A stretch of DNA of 64,000 bases from the human T2T-CHM13v2.0 reference genome, Homo sapiens. The stretch lies in the NCBI RefSeq assembly GCF_009914755.1, contig NC_060932.1. One strand, given 5' to 3'. This document shows, one piece after another, positions 29,105 through 47,099 of this stretch. The notes under the pieces are model-generated. The model worked only from the letters and a program-made list of their open reading frames with translations. It searched no databases and was not told the origin of the DNA. The translations under genes and the position numbers were made by a program. How positions within the stretch are numbered: the stretch's first letter is position 1; the number at the start of each line of letters is the position of its first letter.

Positions 29105-31404
29105 AGGTTGGCGAATGCTTACCCATTCTACCATTCTGTATCTTTTAAGTGGAGCATTTAGGCCATTTATATTCAATGTTAGTATTGAGATATGAGGCAC
29201 TATTCTACTCATCATGCCATTTGTTACCTGAATACTTTGGTTTTTTTCATTGTGTTATTGTTATATAGGTTCTGTGAGATCTATGCTTTAATGAAATTCT
29301 ATTTTGATGTATTTCAAGGATTTGTTTCAAGATCGAGAGCTCCTTTTAGCAGTTCTTGTAGTGCTGGCTTGGTAGTGGTGAATTCTCTCAGCATTTGTTT
29401 GTCTGGAAATATTGTTATCTTTCCTTCATTTATGAAGCTTAGTTTGGCTGGATACAAAATTCTTTCCTGATAATTGTTTTTGTTTAAGGAGACTAAAAAT
29501 AGGACCCCAATCCCTTCTAGCTTATAGGGTTTCTGCTGAGAAATCTGCTGTTAATCTGATAGGTTTTCCTTTACAGGTTACCTGATGCTTTTGCATCACA
29601 GTTCTTAAGATTCATTTTGCCTTGACTTTAGATAACCTGGTGACTATGTGCCTAGGCAATGATCTTTTTGTGATGAATTTCCCAGATGTTCTTAGAGCTT
29701 CTTGCATGTGGATATCCAGATCTCTAGGAAGGCCAGGGAAGTTTTCCTCAATTATTTCCCAAAATATATTTTCCAAACTTTCTCTTCTTCCTTGGGAACA
29801 CCAATTATTCTTAGGTTTAGTCCCAAACTTCTTGGAGGCTTTGTTCATTTTTTTTTTAATTCTTTTTTCTTTGTCTTTGATGGATTAGATTAATTCAAAA
29901 GCCTTGTCTTCAAGCTCTGAACTTCTTTCTTCTGCTTGTTTGATTCTATTGCTGAGAGTTTCCAGTGCATTTTGCATTTCTCTAAGTGTGTCCTTTATTT
30001 CCAGAAGATGTGATTGTTTTTTATTTATGCTACCTATTTCACAGAATTTTCCTTTCATATCTTGTATCACGTCTTTGATTTCTTTAAGTTGGAGTTCACT
30101 TTTCTCTGGTGCCTCCCTGATTAGCTTAAGAATCAACGTTCTGAATTCTTTTTCTGGCAATTCAGAGATTTCATCTTGGCTTGAATCCATTGCTGGTGAG
30201 CTGGTATGATCTTTTGGGAGTGTTAAAGAAACAAGTTTTGTTATATTACTAGAATTGTTTTTCTGGCTCCCTCTCATTTGGGTGGACTATGTCAGAGGGA
30301 AGATCTAGGATTGAAGGACTGATCATATTCTTTTGTCCCAGGGGGTGCTCCCTTGATGTGATGTTCCCCCTCTTCCCCTAGAAATGGAGCTTCCTGAGAG
30401 GCAAACTGTAGTAATTGTTTTTGCTCTTCTGGGTCTAGCCACCCAGTGGAGCTACTGGGTTCTGGGCTGGCACTAGGGAGTGTCTGCAAAGAGGCCTGTG
30501 ATGTGATCTATCTTCAGGTCTTGCAGCTGTGAATACCAGCACCTGTTCTGGGAGAAGGTAGCAAGGAAGTAAAGTGGACTCTGTGGTTTTGTTTTTGTTT
30601 ATTGCGCTGGTTTTGTGTTGGTTGGCTTCCATTCAGGAGGTGGTGCTTTCAAGAGCACATTAGCTGCAGTCCTATAGGGAGGATGCATACTTGCCCTAGG
30701 AACCCCTGGTTAAGTGTTCAGGTTTCCCAGGTGGTGGGCAGGGACATAGAGCTCTTCAAAGATTATGACCTTTGTTTTGGGCTACCAGGGTAGGTAGAGA
30801 AAGACCACCAGGTAGGTAGCGATAGGCGTGTCTGAGCTCAGACTCTTCTTGGGTGGGGCTTGCTGTGGCTGCTGTGGGGCATGGGGGTGTGGTTCCCAGG
30901 CCAATGAAGTTATATTTCCAGGGAGATTATGGCTGCCTCTGTTGAGTCATACAGGTCACCAGGGAAGTGGGGGAAAGTTGTCAGTCACAGGCCTCACCCT
31001 GTTCACATGCAGCCCACAGTCCCAAAGGCAAACCTCACTCTCACCAGAGCCCTCCAACAGCACTGAGTGTATTTCCAGGAAGCCTGTGACCAGGGCTGAG
31101 AAGTTGCCCCAGACCACGAGCCGCCCCATTGAGAAAGCAAGCAGACTCACAGTTTTTTGGCACCTCAGGGAGCCTGCAGTGGTGATCCAGTTCCTTCAAA
31201 GGGTCTGTGGATTCTCTCAGCTTTCCTGGTATGTCCCTGTGGTAGTTCTTGAAGCAAAAGTCTATACACTGCTCTGTCCATTGGAGCAGGAGCTGCAAGC
31301 TAGTCCTGCCTCTAGCTGTGTTCTTAACCACTGTGTTATATTAAAAAAGAATTAGAGAAGGAAAATTATATTCTGATCTATTTTTGAATATTACAGAACT
31401 CAAG

Positions 31405-31773
31405 TGCTATGGTCTGAATGTTTGTGTACCCCTAAATTTATATGCTGAAATCCTAACTCCCAAGTTGATGGTATTAGGAGGTGGGACCTTTAGGGAGGTG
31501 ATTAGGTAATGAGAGTAGAGCCCTCATGAATGGGACTAGGGTCCTTATAAAAGAAGCCAAAGAAATCTCATTTTCCCCTTCTACCAAGTGAGGATGCAGC
31601 CAGAACATGCCATTTATGGACCAGGAAACCAGTCGTCACTAGAAATTGAATCTGCCACACCTTGATCTTGGACTTCCCAGCCTCCAGAACTGTGAGAAAC
31701 AAAATTCTGTTGTTTATTAGCTATTCAGTTTATTTTTGTTTTGCTGTAACAGCAGCCCAAATTTACTAAAATA
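31405..31773 (+). mobile_element. MaLR LTR (MLT1A/MSTD-like)
   Basis: TGCTATGGTCTGAATGTTTGTGTACCCC...GGACTTCCCAGCCTCCAGAACTGTGAGAAAC. Confidence 0.85.
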
Positions 31774-31947
31774 TCATTTTGTTTTATTTTTCCCTCTCTT
31801 ATGGTTGTTTTAAAATCGTTTTCAAATCTAACAAGTATACTGTTTGCTGAAATGATTATTTTGCCTTCCTTCTTATCAGTGTAGTTCAACATTTTCTTTT
31901 ATGAAAATAAAAAGCACTCATAATTTTTGCATAGTAGAGAAATTATA

Positions 31948-31953
31948 TTTATT
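31948..31953 (-). terminator. Candidate distal PMP2 polyadenylation signal AATAAA
   Basis: AATAAA about 3 kb after the stop, followed by T/GT-rich sequence; fits my recollection of a long PMP2 3'UTR, but usage cannot be shown from sequence. Confidence 0.4.
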
Positions 31954-32149
31954 GAGGAATAAATTTTATAACAAGTTGTATTATCACAAATCTCTAAAAA
32001 TAACAACGCAGTTTTTAAACTCGTATTTTGTGAGTTGGAGCCTGGCAACAAAACAACAATAACAACAAACAACAACAATAAATAAAAAACCACTTAACAC
32101 AGACATTTCTAGGCTGAAAAAGAGAAGAAGTTGCCAAGTGCGGGGTTTT

Positions 32150-33118
32150 TTTTCAATCATGTTTGGAAATAAGTTCCAACTTACAGAATAAGTTGCAAGA
32201 ATCAGACTGTCTCAAAGAAAACACATATACCTTTTGCTCAGATTATTGTTAAATTTTACCTCATTTACTTTATCAATTGCTCTTTCTCTATTTATGTGTA
32301 TCAGATTATTGTTAAATGTTACCTTATTTGCCTTATCAATTGCTCTCTTTATGTATGTTTGTGTGTACTGTTGCACATGCAAATGCACACAAATATATGT
32401 TTCTGAATTTTTTGAGAGTAGATTGCATACATTATGGCCCTTTACCTCAAAATACTTTATTGTGTATTTTCCAAGAATAGGGATTTTTTTTACTTAATCA
32501 AAGTATACTTCTTATCTGATTGACTGTCTATATTCCAATTTGCCAGTTGACCTAACATTGTCCTTTGGAGCACTTATGTTACCTCTGGTACAGAATCCAG
32601 TCTAGTATTACTTACTATGTTTAGTTGTCAGGTGTTTTTACTATCATTTAATCTGAAACATTTCCACAACCTTTCTTTGTCTTCTATGACATTGACATTT
32701 TTGAAGAATTCAGTCAAAACCCCCTGTCGTTTCTGGTTGTTGTTGTTACAGTGATGTTGTTTCCTTCTCAGTGGGTCACATTTGAAGGCACATGTTGAAC
32801 ATCCACCCTTTATTGGTGAGGTTAATTTTGATAACCTAGTCAAGAGGTTGTCCATTTTTTTCCATTGCATGGTTACTATTCTTTCCCCAGAAACTAACAA
32901 CAATCTGTGAGGAGATACTTTAAGCCCAGACTAATACCCTAATATCCTGCTCCTAAGCGAAATTTCCCCCTAGCTTTAGCATTGATTGATAATTCTTGCC
33001 TGAGCCATATTTACTGTGATGGTTGAAAAATGATGGTTTTCCAATTCCAGAACTCCTTCCACTCACATTTAACACTGGTCCATGACGTTCTATTGCAAAA
33101 GAGAAACCTTCTCATTTC

Positions 33119-33163
<45 letters not shown>

Positions 33164-33900
33164 ATATCTATCTATCATCTGTCAGTCATCTACCTATCTA
33201 TCGATTATCTATCATTATATCAGTATGGATTCATGGATTTCTATTTTTTCCCAATGGAATTGGGAATTTATTTTATTTTTTTCTCAATTATCTTGTTATT
33301 TATTTTTCTCAATTATTTTGCTCTCAGATTGGCTCAAGTTTGGCCAGTGGGAGCCCCTTCAAGCTGGCTCTATGTTTTGGCAATATACCTCTATTTTTTT
33401 TTTTAACATTACTTTCTGGCATAACAAGATATTTCAAGCTCATCTTGTTCCTACCTTGCCCTTGCTTTGGAATCATCCATTTTTCCAAGTAGCCTTGGTT
33501 CCTTTTAGTGGCAAACTATATTAGACACGAAGATCTGAGTGCTAGGTATATTCATTTCTGCTGAGGTGTTTTTGTGTCTAAGCCATTTTGGCAGATAGGA
33601 TTAGTAAATATATGCATGTGTATACACACACGCACATAAATGCATGTGTATTATCACACACATATATGCATGGAGGCATGTGTATGCAATTATAATACAT
33701 ATAAACGTACATATACATGGTTTAGAAATTATGAATTTATACCAATTCTATTCCATTTCCACATGGTTCTTTCTTGCCTTCCCTCATTTCATATTTGTAT
33801 ATTTGTTTTTCCATAGTGAACATCCTGACTCCCATCAACATCAACATGTTTTCTCATTTGCTCAATCATATAATACATCTGAAATAGTTTTATTATTACT
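32150..33900 (-). mobile_element. Ancient L1 (L1MC-like) 3' fragment downstream of the PMP2 stop
   Basis: ACTTACAGAATAAGTTGCAAGAA start; TTTGGCCAGTGGGAGCCCCTTCAAGCTGGCT and other L1MC 3'UTR-like motifs. Confidence 0.65.
33118..33180. repeat. (TCTA)n tetranucleotide microsatellite
   Basis: Read directly; at least 11 perfect units followed by degenerate ones. Confidence 0.95.
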
Positions 33901-33989
33901 TGGGCACAATGCAATGGTCCCCCGTTCCTGCCTGTCAACAATTACTGGACCTAATGATATGACTAGTTATTTATTTAAAATAAAGGGAC

Positions 33990-34400
33990 TCCTATGTTTA
34001 CAAAAAGTCTTGTACAAAAATATTTGTAGCAGCTTTATTCATAGCAGCCGAAAATTAGAAATAGCTCAATTGTCTTAATAGTAGAATGGATAAACTGTGA
34101 TATATTCATACAATGAAATAGTACTTGGTAATAAAAAGAAACAAACTACAGCTGCATGCAACAATGTGGATGTATCACAAAAACATGATGCTGAATTTAA
34201 AAAAGGCAAACAGAAAAGAATGCATGATGTACAATTCCCTTCATATGAGCAGGTAAAATTAATCTATATGATAGAAACCAAACCACTACTTGCTTTTGGT
34301 AGGGGTGGAACAGAAAAGGACACTGATTGGGAAGGGACAGAAAAAAATGTACTAGGATTAAGAAAATGTTTTGTGTCTTGAGTGGGATGTGAGTTATATT
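33990..34400 (+). mobile_element. Ancient L1M(E) 3' fragment
   Basis: GTAGCAGCTTTATTCATAGCAGCC...GAATGGATAAACTGTGATATATTCATACAATGAAATA. Confidence 0.65.
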
Positions 34401-34690
34401 TAACTCACATTTACCTGTCTATAAATTATCTGTCTATAAATTATCCATTTTTACTTAACTGTCTATAAATTTAACTGTCTATAAATTATCCATTAATTTT
34501 AAAATGTTGGCTGGAGTAGAGGCTACCCCTTTTAACTGAGACTACAATTCTTTACATTATAATAGCCCATTCTCCTAGCTTGCCTCATTTCTGATGCTCC
34601 TTCCCCATATCTCCTCTGGCCCCTGTCAGCATTTGAGTTTGCTACCCTGATCAATACTTTGATTTCATTTTACTAAGAAATTATATCCTT

Positions 34691-34696
34691 TTTATT
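34691..34696 (-). terminator. Candidate proximal PMP2 polyadenylation signal AATAAA
   Basis: AATAAA about 300 nt after the stop codon. Confidence 0.5.
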
Positions 34697-34995
34697 ATCA
34701 TTTCAAGTATACAAAGTTCAACATAGATTAGAATTTTGTAGTTAATTGAATGACATCATCAACTGTTTGTGTCTGGCCAATATATATGCTTTGATGTAAT
34801 AATGACATGCATGCACATTGAAAATGTTTAAATAACACTGACTTTTAGATTAATTCTCAGTTTAGGCCTTTGCATATCTGATATATTAAGACAAAAGCAA
34901 AAACAAATATTTGCAGTGTATTCAGTTTTGTCAATGGAAGCAATTGATTTCCATCATTAAATGATAAAAAGCCACTTCAATGAAGAAATGATTTT

Positions 34996-39011
<4,016 letters not shown>

Positions 39012-39060
39012 CTAAGTGGGATTCAGAAGACTCAGATAAAATGCTGAGGCCTCAGAAGAT

Positions 39061-39110
39061 TCTTTTCAAGGATGCCCAAAGCGTGTGACTCTTACAGAGA
39101 CCCAATGGGG
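39061..39110 (-). promoter_or_regulatory. PMP2 core promoter (CCAAT box, AGTCAC motif, TATA-like CTTGAAAA)
   Basis: Minus strand reads CCCCATTGG...AGAGTCAC...GGGCATCCTTGAAAAG about 80-125 bp upstream of the ATG; same layout as upstream of FABP9. Confidence 0.65.
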
Positions 39111-39779
39111 AAAGGCAGTGTCGGGACTAAGCAATGAATGGCTCTTCAATGGCCAGCTGCCCGCCCAATAGGATAAAAGAAAACCCCACATAATACTTCC
39201 CTTTGTCTCCAAAAAAATTTATAAAATGAATGAGATTACTATTTGAATCTTCAAAAATTTTTTGATCAATCTTACATTTATAAGAAGGCTTAGGCCCTTC
39301 ATGCTTTGGAAAAGACTGCATGAATTCTGTGATCATGAATGAATGTGTGTGTGTTTAGGCATGTCGGTCACTCTCAATCCTGAGTCTGCACAATTAAGAA
39401 TTCTTATTGAAAGGGAAGAAAAAGAGGAAAATGTCTGTAAGTATTATGATAACAGTCTCAAATATGTTGTGGGAGAGAAACGTAGGGGAGCAGTGTGAGG
39501 AAGTATTCATAGGTAAGAAGGCTTGGCATAGTTCACATATCCCAGGCAGGCAGAGTAGGCAGACAAAGAAGTCAGTCTATTGCAGCAGAGCACAGAAATT
39601 GTATTCATGTGATGAAACAAGAAGTAGCACTATAACATGTTCTTTGAGCACAACAAAGATTTTCAGCTAGAAATACTTAAAGTCTGAACTAAGCAGGTTC
39701 CTGGATACTATAACTATTTGTGTTTAAGTCATTTAAAATGAATCTACAATTTTATAAAGAGGATTTTCTATAGAAAGAG

Positions 39780-40015
39780 TACTAATTTATATTGACAACT
39801 CACTATGGGCCAGACACTGTGCTAAGTGCTTAATACGGGTGATCTCATTTAATTATATCACTAATTCCAAGAGTTAGGAACTATTATTATATCCATTTTA
39901 CCAATGATAAAAATGAGCTTGGGGACATTAGGTAAATTGCTCCCAAAAGTTGAATAAGGAGAGGACAGGTTTGAACCCAGCATTGCTGCCAGTGCCCGGG
40001 TTCTGAACCATGATC
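39780..40015 (-). mobile_element. MIR
   Basis: ACTATGGGCCAGACACTGTGCTAAGTGCTT...CCATTTTACCAATGATAAAAATGAG...TTTGAACCCAG. Confidence 0.75.
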
Positions 40016-41639
40016 TTACCCTGCTTCTATTATACTATACCATACATGCTACGTGCACGGAGGCCCTGGCCAGAGATCACCTGATGCTGATAGCACCACG
40101 ATTAGCTAGAAACACTCTCTCTCTTCTCAAAAATCAAGAGAGGTAAAAAATCAAAAGATCCAGCCTACTATATTACATCAAAGCCCCAGTCTTTGGCCAA
40201 GGGGAACAAACGTAAATCCACTTAGAACATAAGTGTTGCTCTTGAGAATCTCTGATTACTGCTATATCTTTCCTAGCAGGTTTTTTGTTTGTTTGTTTTT
40301 GTTGTTGTTTGTTTGTTGTTTGTTTTTACCTTAGCATTAATTCTGGCTGGAGACAACTGATATTACCAAGTTTTATACATTTAGTAAACAGGTTGGCACT
40401 GTTTACAACAACAAAAATATGATGAATTTGCTCATAACAGGTAGAATTACTAGCAAGAAGGGCTCAAGAAACCCAGTCGCATAGCTGTGACATAACTATT
40501 GCAGTTACATAGTTAGAGTTCAAGCTGAGTAAAACACGTGAAATCATATACAGTGGGCTGAAGTTTCATTTACAATCCCAGTGCCTGAATAGCTCAAGGT
40601 GGGAAAGAAATGGTGAATAGGAAAATTCCTCAGCTAACCAACTAACCCAATCCTAAACCCAAGAGAATGTAACTGGAGGGAGTACATTGTACTGGGATAG
40701 AAAAAACAACTGTGAAAGAAAAAGCTTTTGATTAGTGGATATGTTATTTTATTTTCCAAAACACTTTACAGAAATGATGATATCACTTGTACCTTCAAAA
40801 CTTTTTTTTTTTTGTTAGCTGTACACTATTAAGGAGTACAGCATTCAACATTTAGGTTTTCTGCCTAAATAAATGAAGGACTCCCAAACCCTCACACTAG
40901 AGCTGAGACCTTGTATTCAGTGGGACTGCTACAAGAAAGCTGTGTGAATTTTAAGCTGACTCTGTGTTGCACATAGGAACAGCAGTGGAGTTTAAAACAT
41001 AAACATTGAGCCATATATTTCCAAGAGAGAAAACTTATAACTTTGAAGCAATATTAGACCAAGAGAAAAATTTTCTACTTAAGGCTTATCAGCAATTGTA
41101 CCTGACTGCTATTAATAGAACTGACCAGACAAGTTTGGACCGTGATGGGATTCTGAGGCCAATATATGGGCCAAAGGCACAGATCAAAGCAATGAGGGAA
41201 GACCCGGACTGAACTAGGCCTGAAACATTACATCACTCCTAGCTAAGAAAGTCATCAATGTCCTAACAAGAAAGAATGCATAGAACCACATTATAACTAG
41301 ATGTATATATTTAGACTGAACTACATGTTTGTAAAATACATATAGTCTCTCTATGATGTGTATTCAGTTCTTCTCTCTTCACCAATTTATTGTCCATGTA
41401 AATTCTCAAGATACAGCAAGTTATTTGACTCATACACTGAAAGGAAGATCCAAAGGTCCAAACAAAATAAATAAGGAAAGCTTACTCTATATAACAAACC
41501 ATGTAAGTGTTCCTTATAGATTGTCTTCAAGCTAAATCCAATTATATATTTGAAAAAGAAATAAGATAATCAATCATTACATAGCAAATGAACAAAGAAT
41601 TCCTGACCCTCCACTTGGATGCCAAAGATCCAACTCAAC

Positions 41640-41765
41640 TTTTGCTGTTTATTCAATTGCAAAAATATTTGTTGAGAGCTTATTAAGTGCCAAGCACTGT
41701 TGAAAGTGCTGGTTAAACATTATTGAATCAAATTCCTTGCCCTCATGGAACTTACATTCTACTCA
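41640..41765 (-). mobile_element. L2 3' fragment
   Basis: ATATTTGTTGAGAGCTTATTAAGTGCCAAGCACTG...CCTTGCCCTCATGGAACTTACATTCTA. Confidence 0.65.
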
Positions 41766-41913
41766 TGATTTGATAAAGGCTTGAAGCAAGAAGTATTAAT
41801 TGTAATGAATTTGAAATTATTTGTAATAATAATTGATATTGTGATAATAATTGATGACAAGAGAAGCATACCATAGAATACCAAGATAAATAATCAACTT
41901 AAAAGGGTCACTT

Positions 41914-42397
41914 AAAAAATTGTGGGTTCATAGTAGGTGTATGTATTTATGGGGTACATGAGATGTTTTGGTACAGGCATGCAAAGCATAATAACCACAT
42001 CATGGAAGATGGTGTATCCACCCCCTCACACATTTATCCTTTGTGTTACAAACAATCCAGTTTTACTCTTGCTTATTTCTAAATGTACTATTTAATTATT
42101 ATCGACTATAGTCACCCTGTTCTGCTATCAAATACTAGGTCTTATTTATTCTATTTTTTTTGTAACCATTAACCATCCCCACCTCCCTCCTACTCCCCCA
42201 CAATTCCTGCACTACCCTTCCCAGCCTCTGATAATCATCCTTCTACTCTCTGTCTCCATGGGTTCTCAAATGTTTTGATTTTTAGATCTTGTAAATAAGT
42301 GAGAACATGTGATATTTCTCTCTCTATGTCTGGCTTATTTCACTTAACATGTGCTCCAGTTCCATCCATGTTGTTGCAGATGACTGAATCTCATTCT
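41914..42397 (-). mobile_element. 5'-truncated L1MA 3' end
   Basis: Reverse complement of the same 3'UTR type seen at 8940-9340; degenerate TSD AAAAGGGTCACTT/AAAAGTGTCATTT. Confidence 0.85.
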
Positions 42398-43039
42398 AAA
42401 AAGTGTCATTTTTAAATAAATAGTTGGGAAGAAAATAAAAATAGAACTTAGAACTTTCACTTCTAGCCATGATAGATGAGGAAATTAAACTCACTTCTCA
42501 ACTGTAAAAAGATGAACAAAATTAGGAAAAAAAATCTTCAAGGCATCAGAGAGATAAAAAGGCAGAGAAAAACTAAGGGCTTAGGACTTGGGAAAGAAAG
42601 GCAAGTCCAGAGAGACAAATCTCATATTTGGAGCTTCTGCTCCTCTAGGGATCTATGAATTCTGCAAGAGGCAGGTTAGAGGTGAAAAATCCAAGGAACA
42701 TTTAGGACAATGCTACAGGGTTAGGGGAAAAGTGAAGAAGAATCCTGGTTAATCATTACATTTTGTCTTGAGACTCCTTTGCAACATAGGATTAAGGATA
42801 AGCTCAAAATATACCTGTGCTAATATAAAGTCAATTCTTAAAATTAAATTAATGTGATCTGGGATAGCTAGTGAACCGAGCTACTAGTCAGAAATGAACA
42901 TAAACCCTCTTCAGAGAAAGAAGATAATGTCACCCGAGGTCTAAATTTATTTATATAATTTTTATATACATTGCTAATCAAAAATAAATAGAACAAAAAG
43001 AGAAAATATACTTAAAAGCTAAAAGAAACAATGGACAAT

Positions 43040-43512
43040 GGAAGTAGATAATTCATAGAGCAGATAATAAAAACAAACATGATAGAAAATATCAACAAAC
43101 CCAAAAGCATTTTAATGACTAGTAAGATCGATAAACTTTTAGGAAGATGGATTAAAAATAGAGAAGACAAAATTATTGAACACAGAAATGGAAAAAAGCA
43201 TATTAATATATCCTACAGATATGAAAAAGATCATAACAATATTATAAACTACTTCATGTCAATAAATTAAAATTTTTTAAATAAAAAAATTTAAAAGAGA
43301 CTTACAGGTTTCTTAGAAAACACAGTTTATCAAAAATGATGCAAGAAAAAGTAAAAATCCTGAATACTCCCAAATCTATTAGCATTAAATCCATATTTAA
43401 AATCCATCTCATGAAGATACCCTATGCCCATAGGCTTCACCAATGAATTCTTACAAATATTTGAGGAAAAAATAATACCAATGTTACACAAACTCTTCTA
43501 GAGAATAAAAAA
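43040..43512 (+). mobile_element. Ancient L1M ORF2 fragment
   Basis: IENINKPKS...KIDKLLGR (ORF 43079-43270); GGCTTCACCAATGAATTCTTACAAATATTTGAGG. Confidence 0.7.
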
Positions 43513-45724
43513 GTCCTAGTTTCTAGGTTGCCTCCACCAAGATCTCTGCACATGTCGTTCTCCTTTCCGGCAATACCTCCCTTCGTCTCTTTCCCTGTAA
43601 TATGTAATCACTCCCACATGTTTAATCCTTAATTCTCAGCTCAATCATCCTTTCGGACCTTTAGAGCGACATTCTCTTGATATTAACTCAACCATCTTTC
43701 CTAAAATTTTCTTTACCATGCATATCATCATTTAACAGTTACTGCAATGGCAATGTTTATAAATTTTGAATATAACTTGATAAATAGCTTAACTGACGTC
43801 TTGATTCCATGTGATCAGGGACAATGCGTGATTTTGCTCATGTAGTATCCCAAGTGCAAAATACCATGCATGCATACAGTAGGTAATGAATAACCATTTG
43901 TTGACTGACTGAATGAAGAAAACAGAATATTTTCTACTTACAAGGGTTTTTGTTTGCATCAAATCAGATAATAAATGTTATGAAAGCATCAAAAACTAGT
44001 GCTTATGATCAGTAGTAGTATTCTTCTAAACTTCTTTCTCCCCTCTCCCTCCCCTGCCTTCTCTTTCTTTTCTTTTTCTGGAGACACAGAAAGAGCAAGA
44101 CTTGGGATATAACTAAGTGACACTCATTCCTTCATTTGGTCTTTCCTTTAGTCAGCAGTAAAAGCAGGCAATTGTTTCCATGTTCAGTATGACATAATCT
44201 TATTATGATACTAGGAAAGTGCATGTAAGATGATTCTAAGATTCATTGTACAGTATCTCACAAGCCTAAATGCAGACAATTATTCAACATATATTTGTTG
44301 AACTATGATAGTACTAGAGATAATATGATGAGTGAAATAGCAACAGCTCCTTCCCTCATAAGCCTTATACTCTAGTTAGGAAGACAGACATTAAGTAAAC
44401 AATCAAGACACATGATATCCAATTATTTCTTTTTGTCATTTGCAGATGGATACTGTGAAAATGCCATTAAGAGCCCGTTGACCATTACTATCTAGGCAGA
44501 TACCTTATGAAATTTCTTAGACACCATCATGAGACTATTGATCTGATTTATCTTTAGGAGTCAGCTACTAGAGCAGCCAGTACCTTTCCCAGACAGGTAT
44601 TTAGCAGAAGGTGACAATGGCACTTCAGGACAGATAACCTCCTCTTCCATGTTTCAAATAAGTGTTTTGCTCTAAGTTTAACAATGTCAAATTAAAATTG
44701 CTTTCTTAATGCAAACCATCTCATGCAACTTCCTCGGCTACCAGTGGGTATTTGGTCTTTTGGTTACTATGGTGACAATTGCATTTATGCAGCCCCAAAG
44801 GTAGTTAATAGTTTTTCTTTTCTGTTGAATGGCAACAAAGAGAGGAAAGAAGTAGTCTGTGATTCCTCTAAACAATTCAATTAGCGGTTTTTGTTTGTTT
44901 GTTTGTTTGTTTGTTTGTTTTTTGCTAGAATCTAACACACCGAGGCCTCTTTTCCAAAGGCTAATCTAAGATTTCACATCATTGTTGCTAATAGAACACC
45001 TGAGAATTGGAGTTACTCACTCACTGGGGAGTAAATAGAAGACAAGATTTCTGCATCTGAGTTTCTTTCTCTGGTCATCATAACATAAACTGAGTTTTCC
45101 CCATTTTTCTACTCATTTGCATTTTGTCTTAGAGAAAAGGTGATATTAACACTTTCCAGATACAGGACATCCAAGTAGATTGTACTTCAGGTATTAGCAC
45201 AAAGAGCTGTGGGAGACACTTTTCAGGATTTAGCCATTTGCTCCATATTGCTATAAAAAAAAGAAATCCCTTAAAAATAATTCACTTGCAAAACATAGTG
45301 AAAAATGTGTGTGTATGTGCTTAGCTTGATTTCATCAGGAGAAAACACAAACTCAAAAATTCAGGTGATTTTCTAATCATGTGGTATCCAGGTAGCCTAC
45401 GTTGTGTTCTACTTTATTTCTTTGATTGTGTCTTACAATTTTTTTGAACAATTAAGATGGTATGATGGCTTGAAAGTATAATTTACATACGAACTTTTTA
45501 CATCTATATATGTATTTCAGACTAAGTAAAGTTAGATCAGAGAATCAATTAAATTCATGTTTAAACAGTGTTTTTTTTTAAAATTCATGCCAATCCATTC
45601 CTTATTTCCTCAAATAACTGAAAACTAGTTTTTTTTTTTTAGTTAAATTCCAGCTTATAACATGTTCGTGACTGGAGATAAACTGTAAAAATGACATCTC
45701 TTAAATTTCACACTTATTCGGAGA

Positions 45725-46105
45725 AATATTAGCTGCTGTAATACACTCCAGGATTTCAGTGGCTTATCCTGGAAGTTTATTTTTTGCTTGATGTCCAGTC
45801 CAGTATAAGTGCTCCTGGCCTATGGGTAGCTTTTCTCCATGAGGTGACTCAGAGGCCTTGGATCCATTTATCTTGTGCCTCCACCATGACCTCAGGTTTC
45901 AGAGTCCTCTCCTCCAAGCAGGCAGGCACAGATTTCCTTGACCCAGAAGTGGCACATATCACTTCTACTCATTTTCTAATGCAAAATTGTCATAAGGCCC
46001 CAGGGAGACAGGGGAGGGACTGGGCAATGCAGTGCCTGGCTGGCAGACTCTTTCTAGCAACAATGCTGTAATATGGAAGCGTAACCCCAGATTTCTAGTG
46101 GGTAA
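45725..46105 (-). mobile_element. Old MaLR LTR (MLT1-like)
   Basis: GCTGCTGTAATACACTCC...TTCAGTGGCTTA...CCCAGAAGTGGCACATATCACTTC. Confidence 0.6.
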
Positions 46106-47099
46106 TTAACCATCTCTGTCACAGTGGCTTTCAAATTGTGGTACATCATGTTCTGACATTATTTCTTAATTTAGGAAGATAGAATGTGATAGTGAATTTA
46201 GAGTAAGTTCTCATTTAGCTTTATCACTTACTATAATAAGTGGATTTCATTTGGGCTGAAGTTTTATTATCTGTAAAATATTGATTATTTTGAGGATCAA
46301 GAAAGATAACTTTTGGGAAGTTGTTTTGTAATTTATGTCTTGAAAGATATTACTTTTAATAAGCATCTACTCATATTCAAACTCTGTTTTACAAAGTAAA
46401 CTAGAATCCATATTCCCTGCTCGTTTTTCTCAATTAGTTGCTCTAAGCTTACCTCTGCTGAGACCCTCTTGATCTCTTTGTCTGGTCACTGTTTTAGTGC
46501 ACATGCTCAACAATTACATTGTTCCTACTCTTTGCATTCTAATTTCCTTATAACCTCAGAAGGGGATCTGGAAAAAATGAGAAGACCTGAGGGATTTTCT
46601 GTGTCAGTCCTTTTGATAAGGCTTCATTTACTCTCACAACCCTGTGAAGCAGATAAGTCTCCATTTTGCAAAGGAGAAAATTTAAGTGATTAAGCAGCTC
46701 ATGCTTGCTCATGTAGCTGCCAGTGGCAGAAGCAGTATTCCAGTCCAGGTCTGACTGGTCCTCCAACCCCATTCCATTCACGGCATGCATCTCTGGGTCA
46801 ACAGGTGAGTTCCATTCTATGAGCAGGGCTGGTAGTTAGATGGTCAATCCCCACCTTCCTGGAAAAAGGGACACAAGGGCCTGGATACCAAACTCCAAAA
46901 TGAATAGACTATATTTTTGGACTAAATGTTCAGGATAGAAATCATAAGAGTGTATGTTTTGGGACTAGACTATGTCCTGATACTTCATCCTAATGTTTCA
47001 TCTACTTTTGGTTACTACCTTTGGGATAGTCCATTCCCTTTTTATAGCCAGTGAAGAAAAGCATGTCCATTATGTTTATTGGATTTTTGTGCAAAAAGT

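Noticed and set aside
30828-31355. 175-aa plus-strand ORF
   Set aside because: Antisense frame of the GC-richer L1PB 5'UTR; no recognisable domain
33030-33524. ORFs with LSIY repeats (164 and 136 aa)
   Set aside because: Produced by the (TCTA)n microsatellite inside an ancient L1 remnant
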